NCBI GenBank assembly: GCA_964559205.1
Contig: CAZLHV010000002.1
Span: 1 to 44,929 of the forward strand
Length of the DNA: 44,929 bases
From: an uncultured Bacteroidaceae bacterium
Lineage (GTDB): Bacteria > Bacteroidota > Bacteroidia > Bacteroidales > DTU049
Direction: 5' to 3'
A program made the translations under genes and the position numbers. The notes under the pieces are model-generated. The model did no database searches and was not told where the DNA came from. It saw nothing but the letters and a program-made list of their open reading frames with translations. Shown here piece by piece: positions 23,534 to 31,554 of this stretch (the first letter of the stretch is position 1; each line of letters starts with the position of its first letter).

Positions 23534-26044
23534 TCAGAATGGATAACCGATACCAAAGCTGAAATTGCTGTTTTTAAAGGCCTGATTAAGGCTCACCCAG
23601 CGACTGCCGGCGGGCAAAGAAGGGTTGCGAAGTGGGAAAGCCCCATCGACGCGAAAGATGAAAAAATCGAAATCCATTCTCAGTCCGATTCCGGGACCAA
23701 AAGCGCACTGGCTGAGGAAAGATTTGAACTTAAACTCACCCCCGGGAAATTCGTCGCTTTTGTAAAGATTCCACACGTTGCCGGCATCAACAAAGAGCGC
23801 ACCTTTGAACCAGCTGATGATTGGAAAACGGTATTCGAGACTGCCGACCAAGCTGATGTCACCGGTACGGTCGAAGGAGCTTGTATCGAAATAGCTGCCG
23901 GGGCCGAGTGATCGGAACGGCCAGGCTCTGATGTCGTTTGAACCAGAGGCAGAATAGCTTTTCTCGAAAGGCATCAGGACGCTGTTGCCAAATGGAAGTC
24001 CTGCGCCAAGAAAAGTGCGGTAGGCAATCACACTGTGTTTGTTGAGAGGGATATAGTTTCTGAAGTCAAAATCAAATTTTACATATTGTGAGTAATTAAT
24101 GCCCAGCACACGGTAAATCTCGCCCTGAAGGGCGCTGTTGAAACTGTTGAATGCCCAGAACATCGATCCGGCTTTCTCGAAATTGAATTTCCAGTAATTA
24201 TAGGGTTTGTTTTTTCGCAAGTGCTGGTTGCTGCTGGTAACCGACAAGCCGAGACCGGGAATAAAGTGGTCTTCGTAGCTGTAACGGATGGTTCTCGAGA
24301 ATTGTGAAATGCGTATGGCAAATAGCGAATCAGGAAAGATTCGAACCAAATTCATTGGAGCATAAATTTCCATGACCCGTTTATCAGACTCTTTGAATTC
24401 GAGCGACGCTTTAAGGTGACTGATGTAGCGTTCATAGTCTGGTCGAAGCTGATAGCTGAATCCGGTGTTGAATTTTAGAGTGGGACGGCTGCTTTGCGAA
24501 AACCATTTGCTATTGAAGGGCATGCTGAGACCGGCAGAGGTGCTGAATTCGGCAGAGTTAAAAGGCAACACACCAATTTGTTCATCGTCGTCGGAGATCA
24601 CAGATTTTTGAAGCTCAAGGCCGCCTTTAACCTTGAAGTTGAATTGTTCAGCCCCATGAAAGAGGTTTCGGTTTTTATAGACCAGGTTGCCTGCGGTTCC
24701 AAGGTTGCCTGAGGAATTCGTGCCTTCGATCTCGGCATTGAGAGCCTGAACGGGCGACATGCTGAGTTCAACAAAAGCATCGGAAGGAACAACACGCAGA
24801 CTTCTGTCACCTGTGGTATCGGGAATGAATCGGATATTGATGTATTTAAAGACGTTGAGATTGCTTAATTCGGCTTGTGTTTTATTGGCCTGTGAAAGCA
24901 CAAAATAATCGCCTTTTTTGAAAAAGATTTTGCGTGCAATGGTTTTGGGTTTGATTCGCATCGGCCCGGAAGTGAGAAAATACAAGGTGTCAGTACGGTG
25001 CTTTAGTTTTTTGATGAAGACCGTGGTGTCGTAAGTTCTGATATCAGTGCTGGTGATCGAAAACTCAGGAATGACATACACCCGGCGAATGATGTATCGT
25101 CGGTGATTGTAGAATTCGATGGAATCGTTTGACGTCTTGTTGATCCGGTAAGGTCGGTTGACGATCATCCGAATGTTCAGGCTATGGTTTCCAAGAGCTG
25201 AATCGATTTCGTAGCGGATATATGACTTGGAGAAAGCGTAGTAACCGTCGTTCTTGAGATCATCGTTGATACGCATACGTTCACCTTCAAGCTTATCTTC
25301 ATTATAAATGTCGCCTTCCCTGATAAGAGAGCGTGTTTTGCCGCTTTGCCAGTAGTTGTTAATCCCCGGATCGCTGCTGAAAAATTCGATTTTGCCGATC
25401 GTATAAGGTTGGCCGCCTTTGATTTGATAGCTGACTTTTGCTTTGGTGTGTTTGCGGTTGAAGGTGACCGAATCGGTAATAACAGCATTGAAGAAACCAT
25501 GCTTGTTGCAGTATAGTTTCATTTGCTTTATGCTTTGAGTGGTCTGAAGTGAGTCGAAAAGCACGGGCTCTTCACCGACGGTGTTCATGAGCCAGCTGCG
25601 AAGACCTTTTTTGGCTTTGGCCAGCTCTTCGGTTTCATTAAGGTCTAAGCGTTCTTTCTTTTTCTGGTACTTAAGACGGATTTTTTCCTTATCGGCGGCG
25701 GAGGCTTCAGATAATTTTTTCTGGCCTTCGATGATGATAGCGTTTTGTTTCTCTCTTTTCAGTGCAATCTTTTTGCGGATTTTCTTTTCCCGAATGGCGG
25801 TTCGGTCTTTTTTGGCTTTGCCCATGTTATAAACGCCGGTGTGAAGGCGCATGCCGAGAAACTTGCGGTTTTCCTTTTGTCTGATCAGACCATCGAGATC
25901 GTAGTAGTCGAGTTCGCTATGGCTGATTTCAAGTCGGGTTTTTGTGAGCAGTGTTTTACCGGGGTTTTGCCGGATGGTGCTGCACGACTGAAGCAGAAGA
26001 AACAGCAGAGTGAATGATATGAAACGGTAAAAGTGCCTATTCAT
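23534..26044 (-). CDS. Omp85 (BamA/TamA) family outer-membrane protein, probable lipoprotein (TamL-like), with Lys-rich N-terminal insertion
   Basis: Signal peptide with LLLQSC (Cys21). It has a POTRA-like region and a large beta-barrel of surface-antigen type that ends ...FGIGYPF. Residues 75-147 are a K/E/R-rich low-complexity segment. Confidence 0.88.
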   Translation of the reverse strand: MNRHFYRFISFTLLFLLLQSCSTIRQNPGKTLLTKTRLEISHSELDYYDLDGLIRQKENRKFLGMRLHTGVYNMGKAKKDRTAIREKKIRKKIALKREKQNAIIIEGQKKLSEASAADKEKIRLKYQKKKERLDLNETEELAKAKKGLRSWLMNTVGEEPVLFDSLQTTQSIKQMKLYCNKHGFFNAVITDSVTFNRKHTKAKVSYQIKGGQPYTIGKIEFFSSDPGINNYWQSGKTRSLIREGDIYNEDKLEGERMRINDDLKNDGYYAFSKSYIRYEIDSALGNHSLNIRMIVNRPYRINKTSNDSIEFYNHRRYIIRRVYVIPEFSITSTDIRTYDTTVFIKKLKHRTDTLYFLTSGPMRIKPKTIARKIFFKKGDYFVLSQANKTQAELSNLNVFKYINIRFIPDTTGDRSLRVVPSDAFVELSMSPVQALNAEIEGTNSSGNLGTAGNLVYKNRNLFHGAEQFNFKVKGGLELQKSVISDDDEQIGVLPFNSAEFSTSAGLSMPFNSKWFSQSSRPTLKFNTGFSYQLRPDYERYISHLKASLEFKESDKRVMEIYAPMNLVRIFPDSLFAIRISQFSRTIRYSYEDHFIPGLGLSVTSSNQHLRKNKPYNYWKFNFEKAGSMFWAFNSFNSALQGEIYRVLGINYSQYVKFDFDFRNYIPLNKHSVIAYRTFLGAGLPFGNSVLMPFEKSYSASGSNDIRAWPFRSLGPGSYFDTSSFDRTGDISLVGSLEYRFPIISWFKGALFVDAGNVWNLYKSDEFPGGEFKFKSFLSQCAFGPGIGLRMDFDFFIFRVDGAFPLRNPSLPAGSRWVSLNQAFKNSNFSFGIGYPF

Positions 26045-27278
26045 ACCTTAATGATTCAATGGGGTCGAGCCTGGCTGCCCTGGCTGCAGGAAGTAGACCT
26101 GAAAGGATCCCCACGACCAGCGTAAGAAAGAAACCGAGCAGGATCCAGCCCCAGGGAATGACAAATGAGCTGTCGAGCAGCAGGCTGATGAGATTTCCGG
26201 CAAGGACACCCAGAAAAATGCCGAGAAAACCACCAAGCTGTCCAATGAGAATACTTTCGACAAGGAACTGGGTCCGGATGGCTTTGCTGGTGGCTCCCAT
26301 AGCTTTTCGCACCCCAATCTCGCGGGTTCGTTCCGAAACACTGACCAACATGATGTTCATCAGACCAACCGATGCTCCAATGAGGGCAATAAGGCCAATC
26401 AGGGTTGCAGCCATGGTGACATATGATATGTTGTCGAGAAGCATATTTACCATGCTGTCACTTTTGCGGATCTCGAAATTGTCGACCTGTCCTGTTTCGA
26501 GTTTCCTGATGGGACGAAAGACCCCTGTGGCTTCACCAATGGCTACATCGAGCAGCTTGGGGTCGGCGGGCATCACATTGATGCGAAAAGATACAGGAAT
26601 TTGATTGAAAAAGCGGCGAACAGTGGTCACCGGTATCATGCATGAATTATCGCCCGAAAAGCCAAAACTGCTGCCTTTGCTTTTCATCACCCCAACCACC
26701 GTAAACCGAACAGGCCCGATGCCAATTTGTTTTCCAACAGGGTTTTCCCCACCCGGAAAAAGGGTTTGGTGAATTTCGGAGCCGATGATGGTCACGTTCC
26801 GGCCGCGAGTGATTTCCTGTTTCGAGAAATTTCGGCCATTTTCGATTTCCTGACCGCTGGTGATCATGTAATTTTCATCGATGCCCAATACCGCAATATT
26901 GGGATTTGATTTTTCGGCCTTGTATCTGACCGTGGCAGTGTTTGTGGCAAAGGTGAACACCGAAATGACTGCCGGGAAACTGTAACGGTCTATAAATTCG
27001 TTGGCCTCAAACCATGTGATCCTGTCGTATTCGACACGGTTTTGGCGTCCTCCTCCGCCTCCGCGCATCGAGACGTCGGTGATGGTGAAGGTGTTGCTCC
27101 CCATGCGTGTGAAGTTGCTGCTGAGGCTGTATTTGATGGATTCGGTTGCCGTAAGAATACTGATGAGTGCCATGATTCCGACAGCAATGATGAGCACGGT
27201 GAGTACAGTTCGTAGCAGGTGGCTGCGGACTGATCGCATGGCGATGTTGAAGCTTTCGAAGATTACTTTCAGGTTCAT
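26037..27278 (-). CDS. ABC transporter permease, FtsX/MacB/LolCE-type (4 TM + periplasmic domain)
   Basis: Its N-terminus MNLKVIFESFNIAMRSVRSHLLRTVLTVL aligns with the paralog at 38494 (LRLIKESFLFAISAILVNRLRTLLTIL). It also has ERTREIGVRKAMGA. I chose the start at 27278 over 27314 because a -7 box abuts the ATG at 27314. Its stop overlaps the Omp85 start by 8 nt. Confidence 0.88.
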   Translation of the reverse strand: MNLKVIFESFNIAMRSVRSHLLRTVLTVLIIAVGIMALISILTATESIKYSLSSNFTRMGSNTFTITDVSMRGGGGGRQNRVEYDRITWFEANEFIDRYSFPAVISVFTFATNTATVRYKAEKSNPNIAVLGIDENYMITSGQEIENGRNFSKQEITRGRNVTIIGSEIHQTLFPGGENPVGKQIGIGPVRFTVVGVMKSKGSSFGFSGDNSCMIPVTTVRRFFNQIPVSFRINVMPADPKLLDVAIGEATGVFRPIRKLETGQVDNFEIRKSDSMVNMLLDNISYVTMAATLIGLIALIGASVGLMNIMLVSVSERTREIGVRKAMGATSKAIRTQFLVESILIGQLGGFLGIFLGVLAGNLISLLLDSSFVIPWGWILLGFFLTLVVGILSGLLPAARAARLDPIESLRYE

Positions 27279-27315
27279 CGGCCGCTGGGTTTTTGGAATC
27301 AAAAGAGCGTCCATG

Positions 27316-27323
27316 CAAAAATA
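27316..27323 (-). promoter_or_regulatory. -7 box (TATTTTTG on minus strand) for the FtsX-Omp85 operon
   Basis: Plus strand reads caaaaata. It lies 37 nt upstream of the preferred ATG at 27278. Confidence 0.4.
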
Positions 27324-27353
27324 GTTAAAATATGCATTTGGACCGATGTTTCA

Positions 27354-27653
27354 ATGATTATTGTATTTGATGCTTGCTGGTCGTGTTTTTCGGTGATTTT
27401 TTTGAACAGCAGTTCATCTCTTGTCCGAATTGGAATTTTAAAACCCTGGGTGACTGGCGAAAAGCATTCGATGCTTTGCTATACATTGATACCACATTGT
27501 TATTATTGTGGCCGGAATTACGATATCATGCCCATTGTAAAAAATGGGACTCAAAGTAACTCTTTGCTTTTTAATCGTTTGATTGAATGGACAAACGAAT
27601 GCAACAAGACACTGCCAATAAACAGCGATGCTGTTAGCAAACGTATTGTCTGA
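27354..27653 (+). CDS. Doubtful 99-codon ORF with two CxxC motifs, filling an AT-rich gap
   Basis: This ATG ORF spans almost the whole 338-bp gap, which I counted by hand at about 38% GC. It contains CWSC and CYYC about 38 residues apart. It has no good -7 box, odd composition and the opposite orientation to its neighbours. Confidence 0.25.
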   Translation: MIIVFDACWSCFSVIFLNSSSSLVRIGILKPWVTGEKHSMLCYTLIPHCYYCGRNYDIMPIVKNGTQSNSLLFNRLIEWTNECNKTLPINSDAVSKRIV

Positions 27654-27661
27654 AAAAACTG

Positions 27662-28312
27662 CTATTCTTTTTTGCCGTAGGCAAGATCACCTGCATCGCC
27701 AAGACCAGGAACAATGTATGCCTGCGCTGTCAGTTCTTCGTCGATGGCTGCAGTCCAAATGTGCACTTTGCGGTGGGGCAGGTGTTTTCTGACATATTCG
27801 ATGCCTTGTGTACTTGCAATGACGGTTGCCACATGAATTTCGTCGGGTTGGCCAAACTGCAGCAATTCCTTGCATGATAGCACCAGTGAGGATCCCGTGG
27901 CGAGCATGGGGTCGCACACAATGAGTGTTTTGTTGTCGAGTTCGGGGCAACTGACATATTCCACCTGAATGGTAAACCTGCCGTCTTTGTGGTGTTTTCT
28001 GAAAGCAGAGATGAATGCGCTTTCAGCCTGATCGAACATGTTGAGGAATCCCTGATGAAAGGGAAGACCGGCACGTAGAATGGTGGCCAGCACGGGCGTC
28101 TTTTCGGGCACCAGCACATCGAGTTCGCCAAGTGGGGTGGTCACTTCGCGAGGTCGGTAGTTTAGTTTTTTGCTGATTTCGTAGGCGAACACCTCGCCCA
28201 GACGTTCCATGTTTCTGCGGAAACGCATGCTGTCCTGTTGAATCTGGATGTCGCGTAATTCGCTGACAAACTGATTAACAACAGAATTTTCCTTGCCAAG
28301 ATGATGCACCAT
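27662..28312 (-). CDS. upp: Uracil phosphoribosyltransferase
   Basis: 216 aa with the PRPP loop LIVCDPMLATGSS and the uracil-binding motif YIVPGLGDAGDLAYG. Confidence 0.95.
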   Translation of the reverse strand: MVHHLGKENSVVNQFVSELRDIQIQQDSMRFRRNMERLGEVFAYEISKKLNYRPREVTTPLGELDVLVPEKTPVLATILRAGLPFHQGFLNMFDQAESAFISAFRKHHKDGRFTIQVEYVSCPELDNKTLIVCDPMLATGSSLVLSCKELLQFGQPDEIHVATVIASTQGIEYVRKHLPHRKVHIWTAAIDEELTAQAYIVPGLGDAGDLAYGKKE

Positions 28313-28363
28313 ATGCGCTGGTTTGAGGTGATAAAAGTAATGAAATATTCAAAGAAAAGTCTT

Positions 28364-29734
28364 TCAGGAATTTCGCTGTCCGAAATAATGATAGAAGCCG
28401 GCAATGGCCTCAATGCCGTTCAAGAAGTTTTCGACCGGAAAGTTCTCGTTGGGCGAGTGAATGGCGTCAGACTCGAGTCCGAAACCCATCAGCAATGACT
28501 TGATGCCAAGAATCTCCTCGAAAGTGGAGATGATGGGAATGCTGCCACCGCTGCGTGTTGGAATAGGTTTTTTGCCAAAAAGATCCATGAGTGATTTTTC
28601 TGCTGCCTGATAGGCAGGGATATCGATGGGCATAACATAGGCTTGTCCGCCGTGTAGAATATCGACTTTGATCTGTACGCTTTCAGGCGCGATAGAAAGA
28701 AGATGGTTTCGGATGAGTTCTGCAATTTTATGATGGTCCTGATGGGGAACAAGACGCGATGATAATTTTGCAAAGGCTTTCGATGGCAGAACCGTTTTGC
28801 TTCCTTCGCCTGTGTATCCACCCCAGATGCCGCACAGATCGAGGGTTGGCCTGATTCCGGTTCGCTCGACAGTGGTGTAGCCCTCTTCGCCTGCAAGCAT
28901 CTTGACGTCAATGGCTTTTTTATAGTTTTCTTCGTTGTATGGTGCCATGTTGAGGGCCATGCGCTCTTCGGGAGATACCTCCATCACATCGTCATAAAAT
29001 CCGGGGATCGATATTTTTCCCTTCTCGTCGGTAAGCGATGCTAAAAGTTTACACAGCGTATTGATCGGATTGGCCACTGCCCCTCCAAAAAGTCCGGAAT
29101 GAAGATCGCGGTTGGGTCCGGTGAGTTCGATCTGCAGGTAAGTGAGTCCACGCAGACCAACAGTAATGCTGGGGATGTCGGGAGCGATCATTCCTGTATC
29201 AGAAACAAGAATGACATCGCCCTGAAGTCGTTCTTTGTTGTTGCGACACCAGTTGGCCATCGAAGGACTTCCAATTTCCTCTTCGCCTTCAATCATGAAT
29301 TTGACATTGCATTTCAGGGAACCGCTTTTGACCATATATTCAAAAGCTTTGGCATGCATGAATCCCTGCCCTTTGTCGTCGTCAGCACCTCTTGCCCAAA
29401 TTTTTCCTTCTGAAATCACCGGCTCGAAGGGATTGGTGTTCCACAGGTTGAGCGGATCAACTGGCATCACATCATAATGCGCATAAACAATTACTGTGGG
29501 AAAATCAGGATTGATGATCTTCTCGCCATATACCACCGGATTTCCTTCGGTAGGGCACACTTCGGCCATGTCGGCTCCAGCATCGAGGATGGCCTTCTTC
29601 CAGTATTCAGCCGCAGCAATCATGTCGGCTTTGTGCGAAGTCTCGCTTGAGATAGATGGAATACGAAGCAATTCGGTCAGTTCACCGAGAAAACGTTCTT
29701 TGTGGCTGTTGATGTAATTCCTGACGTCGTTCAT
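28364..29734 (-). CDS. M20-family dipeptidase / peptidase (ArgE/DapE/ACY1 superfamily)
   Basis: Metal-ligand motifs VYAHYDVMP, ARGADDDKG, IEGEEEIGS and HSPNE. Trimmed from the TTG at 29752 to the ATG at 29734. Confidence 0.9.
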   Translation of the reverse strand: MNDVRNYINSHKERFLGELTELLRIPSISSETSHKADMIAAAEYWKKAILDAGADMAEVCPTEGNPVVYGEKIINPDFPTVIVYAHYDVMPVDPLNLWNTNPFEPVISEGKIWARGADDDKGQGFMHAKAFEYMVKSGSLKCNVKFMIEGEEEIGSPSMANWCRNNKERLQGDVILVSDTGMIAPDIPSITVGLRGLTYLQIELTGPNRDLHSGLFGGAVANPINTLCKLLASLTDEKGKISIPGFYDDVMEVSPEERMALNMAPYNEENYKKAIDVKMLAGEEGYTTVERTGIRPTLDLCGIWGGYTGEGSKTVLPSKAFAKLSSRLVPHQDHHKIAELIRNHLLSIAPESVQIKVDILHGGQAYVMPIDIPAYQAAEKSLMDLFGKKPIPTRSGGSIPIISTFEEILGIKSLLMGFGLESDAIHSPNENFPVENFLNGIEAIAGFYHYFGQRNS

Positions 29735-29749
29735 AGAAAATATTTTTAA

Positions 29750-29757
29750 CAAAAATA
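29750..29757 (-). promoter_or_regulatory. -7 box (TATTTTTG on minus strand) for the peptidase-upp unit
   Basis: Plus strand reads caaaaata. It lies 15 nt upstream of the ATG at 29734. Confidence 0.45.
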
Positions 29758-29863
29758 ATCAAATTTCGTTTGTCTGAAAAGCTTTTTATACAAATGGAGA
29801 ACAAAAACAGTCATGAAGTGGTGATTTTGTGAAATAAAACGCATAGTTTTTACTTTATTTTTG

Positions 29864-29871
29864 TACCTTTG
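29864..29871 (+). promoter_or_regulatory. -7 box TACCTTTG for the choice-of-anchor-L gene pair
   Basis: Exact match, 19 nt upstream of the ATG at 29891. Confidence 0.45.
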
Positions 29872-29890
29872 TCTAAATAAAAATTTTTTC

Positions 29891-31549
29891 ATGTATCGTC
29901 TAGCCGCTTGTTTTTCAGTTGCTTTGCTTGTCTTCACTCTTCAGGGTCACTCCCAGATTACGGTCAGCAGTACACTTACCCCCACCCAGCTGGTTCAGGA
30001 TGTGTTGCTGGGCAATGGTATTTCAGTGAGCAATGTGACTTTCACAGGAGGAGCGGCGATGCGCGGCACTTTTAGCGGCACTTCGAATCTGGGAATTGAT
30101 GAAGGGATTATGCTGGCCACAGGCGATATCAGCATTGCGGTTGGTCCCAATACATCGACCAGCAATTCATTGGGCGGTGGAGTGTCTGGCGACACACAAC
30201 TCGACGCCCTGATTGGTGGCATCACATACGATGCTGCAGTGCTTGAGTTCGATTTTGTTCCCTCGTCGGATACCGTCAGATTTTTTTATGTGTTTGCAAG
30301 TGAAGAGTATCCTGAATACGTCTGTTCAAATTTCAACGATGTATTTGCCTTTTTTCTGAGCGGACCTGATCCTCTGGGCGGTGTTTACAACAATCTGAAC
30401 ATTGCCCGGATTCCCGGTACAACCATTCCGGTGGCTATCAATTCCATCAATCCCGGGGTTGAAGGCACATCGGGGTCGCCCGGAGGTTGTATTTCACTGG
30501 CCTATTCATCGCTGTATGTCGACAATACTGCCGGTGCAACTATTGAATACGATGGTTTTACTACCGTGCTTGAAGCATCGGCCAATGTGGTGGCATGTTC
30601 AACCTATCACATCAAAATTGCCATTGCCGACGTGAGCGACGGCAATTTCGATTCAGGCGTATTTCTGCAGGCAAAGAGCTTCAGCTCTCCGGCTGTGAGC
30701 ATTTCGGCTGTTGGATCGTCCTTCGACTCCACCATGGTGGAGGGTTGCGGGGCTGCAACATACATCTTTACACGTGGAGGCGACGTCAGCAATGCCTTCA
30801 CCATTGATTACCTGATTGGAGGCACAGCCATCAACGGAATCGATTATACTGATCTGGCCGGAAACCCGATTCCGAACAGTGTGAGTTTTGCTGCAGGCGA
30901 AGATTCGGCGTTCCTTTATATCGATCCGGTGAACGATGCTCTGGCCGAGCCAACGGAAACCATCACACTGTCGATTCCTCAGGTGGTGAGTTGTGCAAGC
31001 GATACGTTATCGGCTACCATCTATGTCACCAATGTGGATCCAATGATGATCGCCCTTACCGGCGACACTCTGATTTGTCTCGAGGAAGGTGAAACATCGA
31101 CCTTGAATGTGGCCTTTACTGGCGGTTATGGTCCTTTCGAGTTTCAATGGGATCATGGTCTCGGTAACAGTCAGCAGGTGATGGTCGCACCTTTTGAAAC
31201 GACCATTTACACCGTGTCAATTATCGATTCTTGTGGAAACGAGTCGGCGGTTAAAACCATTCGCGTGATCAACGAATGCGATATTCTTGTCACCAATGTA
31301 CTGACTCCAAACGGGGATGGGCACAACGATGTGCTTGTTTTTCCCAACCTTGAGATGTTTCCCAATTCCGAGTTGCTCGTCTTTAACCGTTGGGGGAAGC
31401 TCATTTATCACAGCAAAAGCTACGCAAACGACTGGTCTCCTGCTGAATTTGCAGACGGGACTTATTTCTACATTCTCAGAAAGGCTGCCGGGTTTGAAAT
31501 TCCCGCGCAGGAATACAACGGAACCATCACGATTCTTAAAAATAATTAA
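29891..31549 (+). CDS. Choice-of-anchor L domain protein with T9SS type B (gliding-motility-associated, CHU_C-like) C-terminal domain
   Basis: Signal peptide, then TPTQLVQDVLLGNGISVSNVTFTG...EFDFVPSSDTVRFFYVFASEEYPEYVCSNFNDVFAFFLSGP...FDSGVFLQAKSF. The C-terminus reads VTNVLTPNGDGHNDVLVFPNLE...LLVFNRWGKLIY...DGTYFYIL. Confidence 0.88.
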   Translation: MYRLAACFSVALLVFTLQGHSQITVSSTLTPTQLVQDVLLGNGISVSNVTFTGGAAMRGTFSGTSNLGIDEGIMLATGDISIAVGPNTSTSNSLGGGVSGDTQLDALIGGITYDAAVLEFDFVPSSDTVRFFYVFASEEYPEYVCSNFNDVFAFFLSGPDPLGGVYNNLNIARIPGTTIPVAINSINPGVEGTSGSPGGCISLAYSSLYVDNTAGATIEYDGFTTVLEASANVVACSTYHIKIAIADVSDGNFDSGVFLQAKSFSSPAVSISAVGSSFDSTMVEGCGAATYIFTRGGDVSNAFTIDYLIGGTAINGIDYTDLAGNPIPNSVSFAAGEDSAFLYIDPVNDALAEPTETITLSIPQVVSCASDTLSATIYVTNVDPMMIALTGDTLICLEEGETSTLNVAFTGGYGPFEFQWDHGLGNSQQVMVAPFETTIYTVSIIDSCGNESAVKTIRVINECDILVTNVLTPNGDGHNDVLVFPNLEMFPNSELLVFNRWGKLIYHSKSYANDWSPAEFADGTYFYILRKAAGFEIPAQEYNGTITILKNN

Positions 31550-31554
31550 TCAAA

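Noticed and set aside
27324-27661. Invertible promoter (phase-variation switch) in the AT-rich spacer, also considered for 19250..19509
   Set aside because: I found no flanking inverted repeats of useful length at the borders of either spacer. No site-specific recombinase gene is present in the window.
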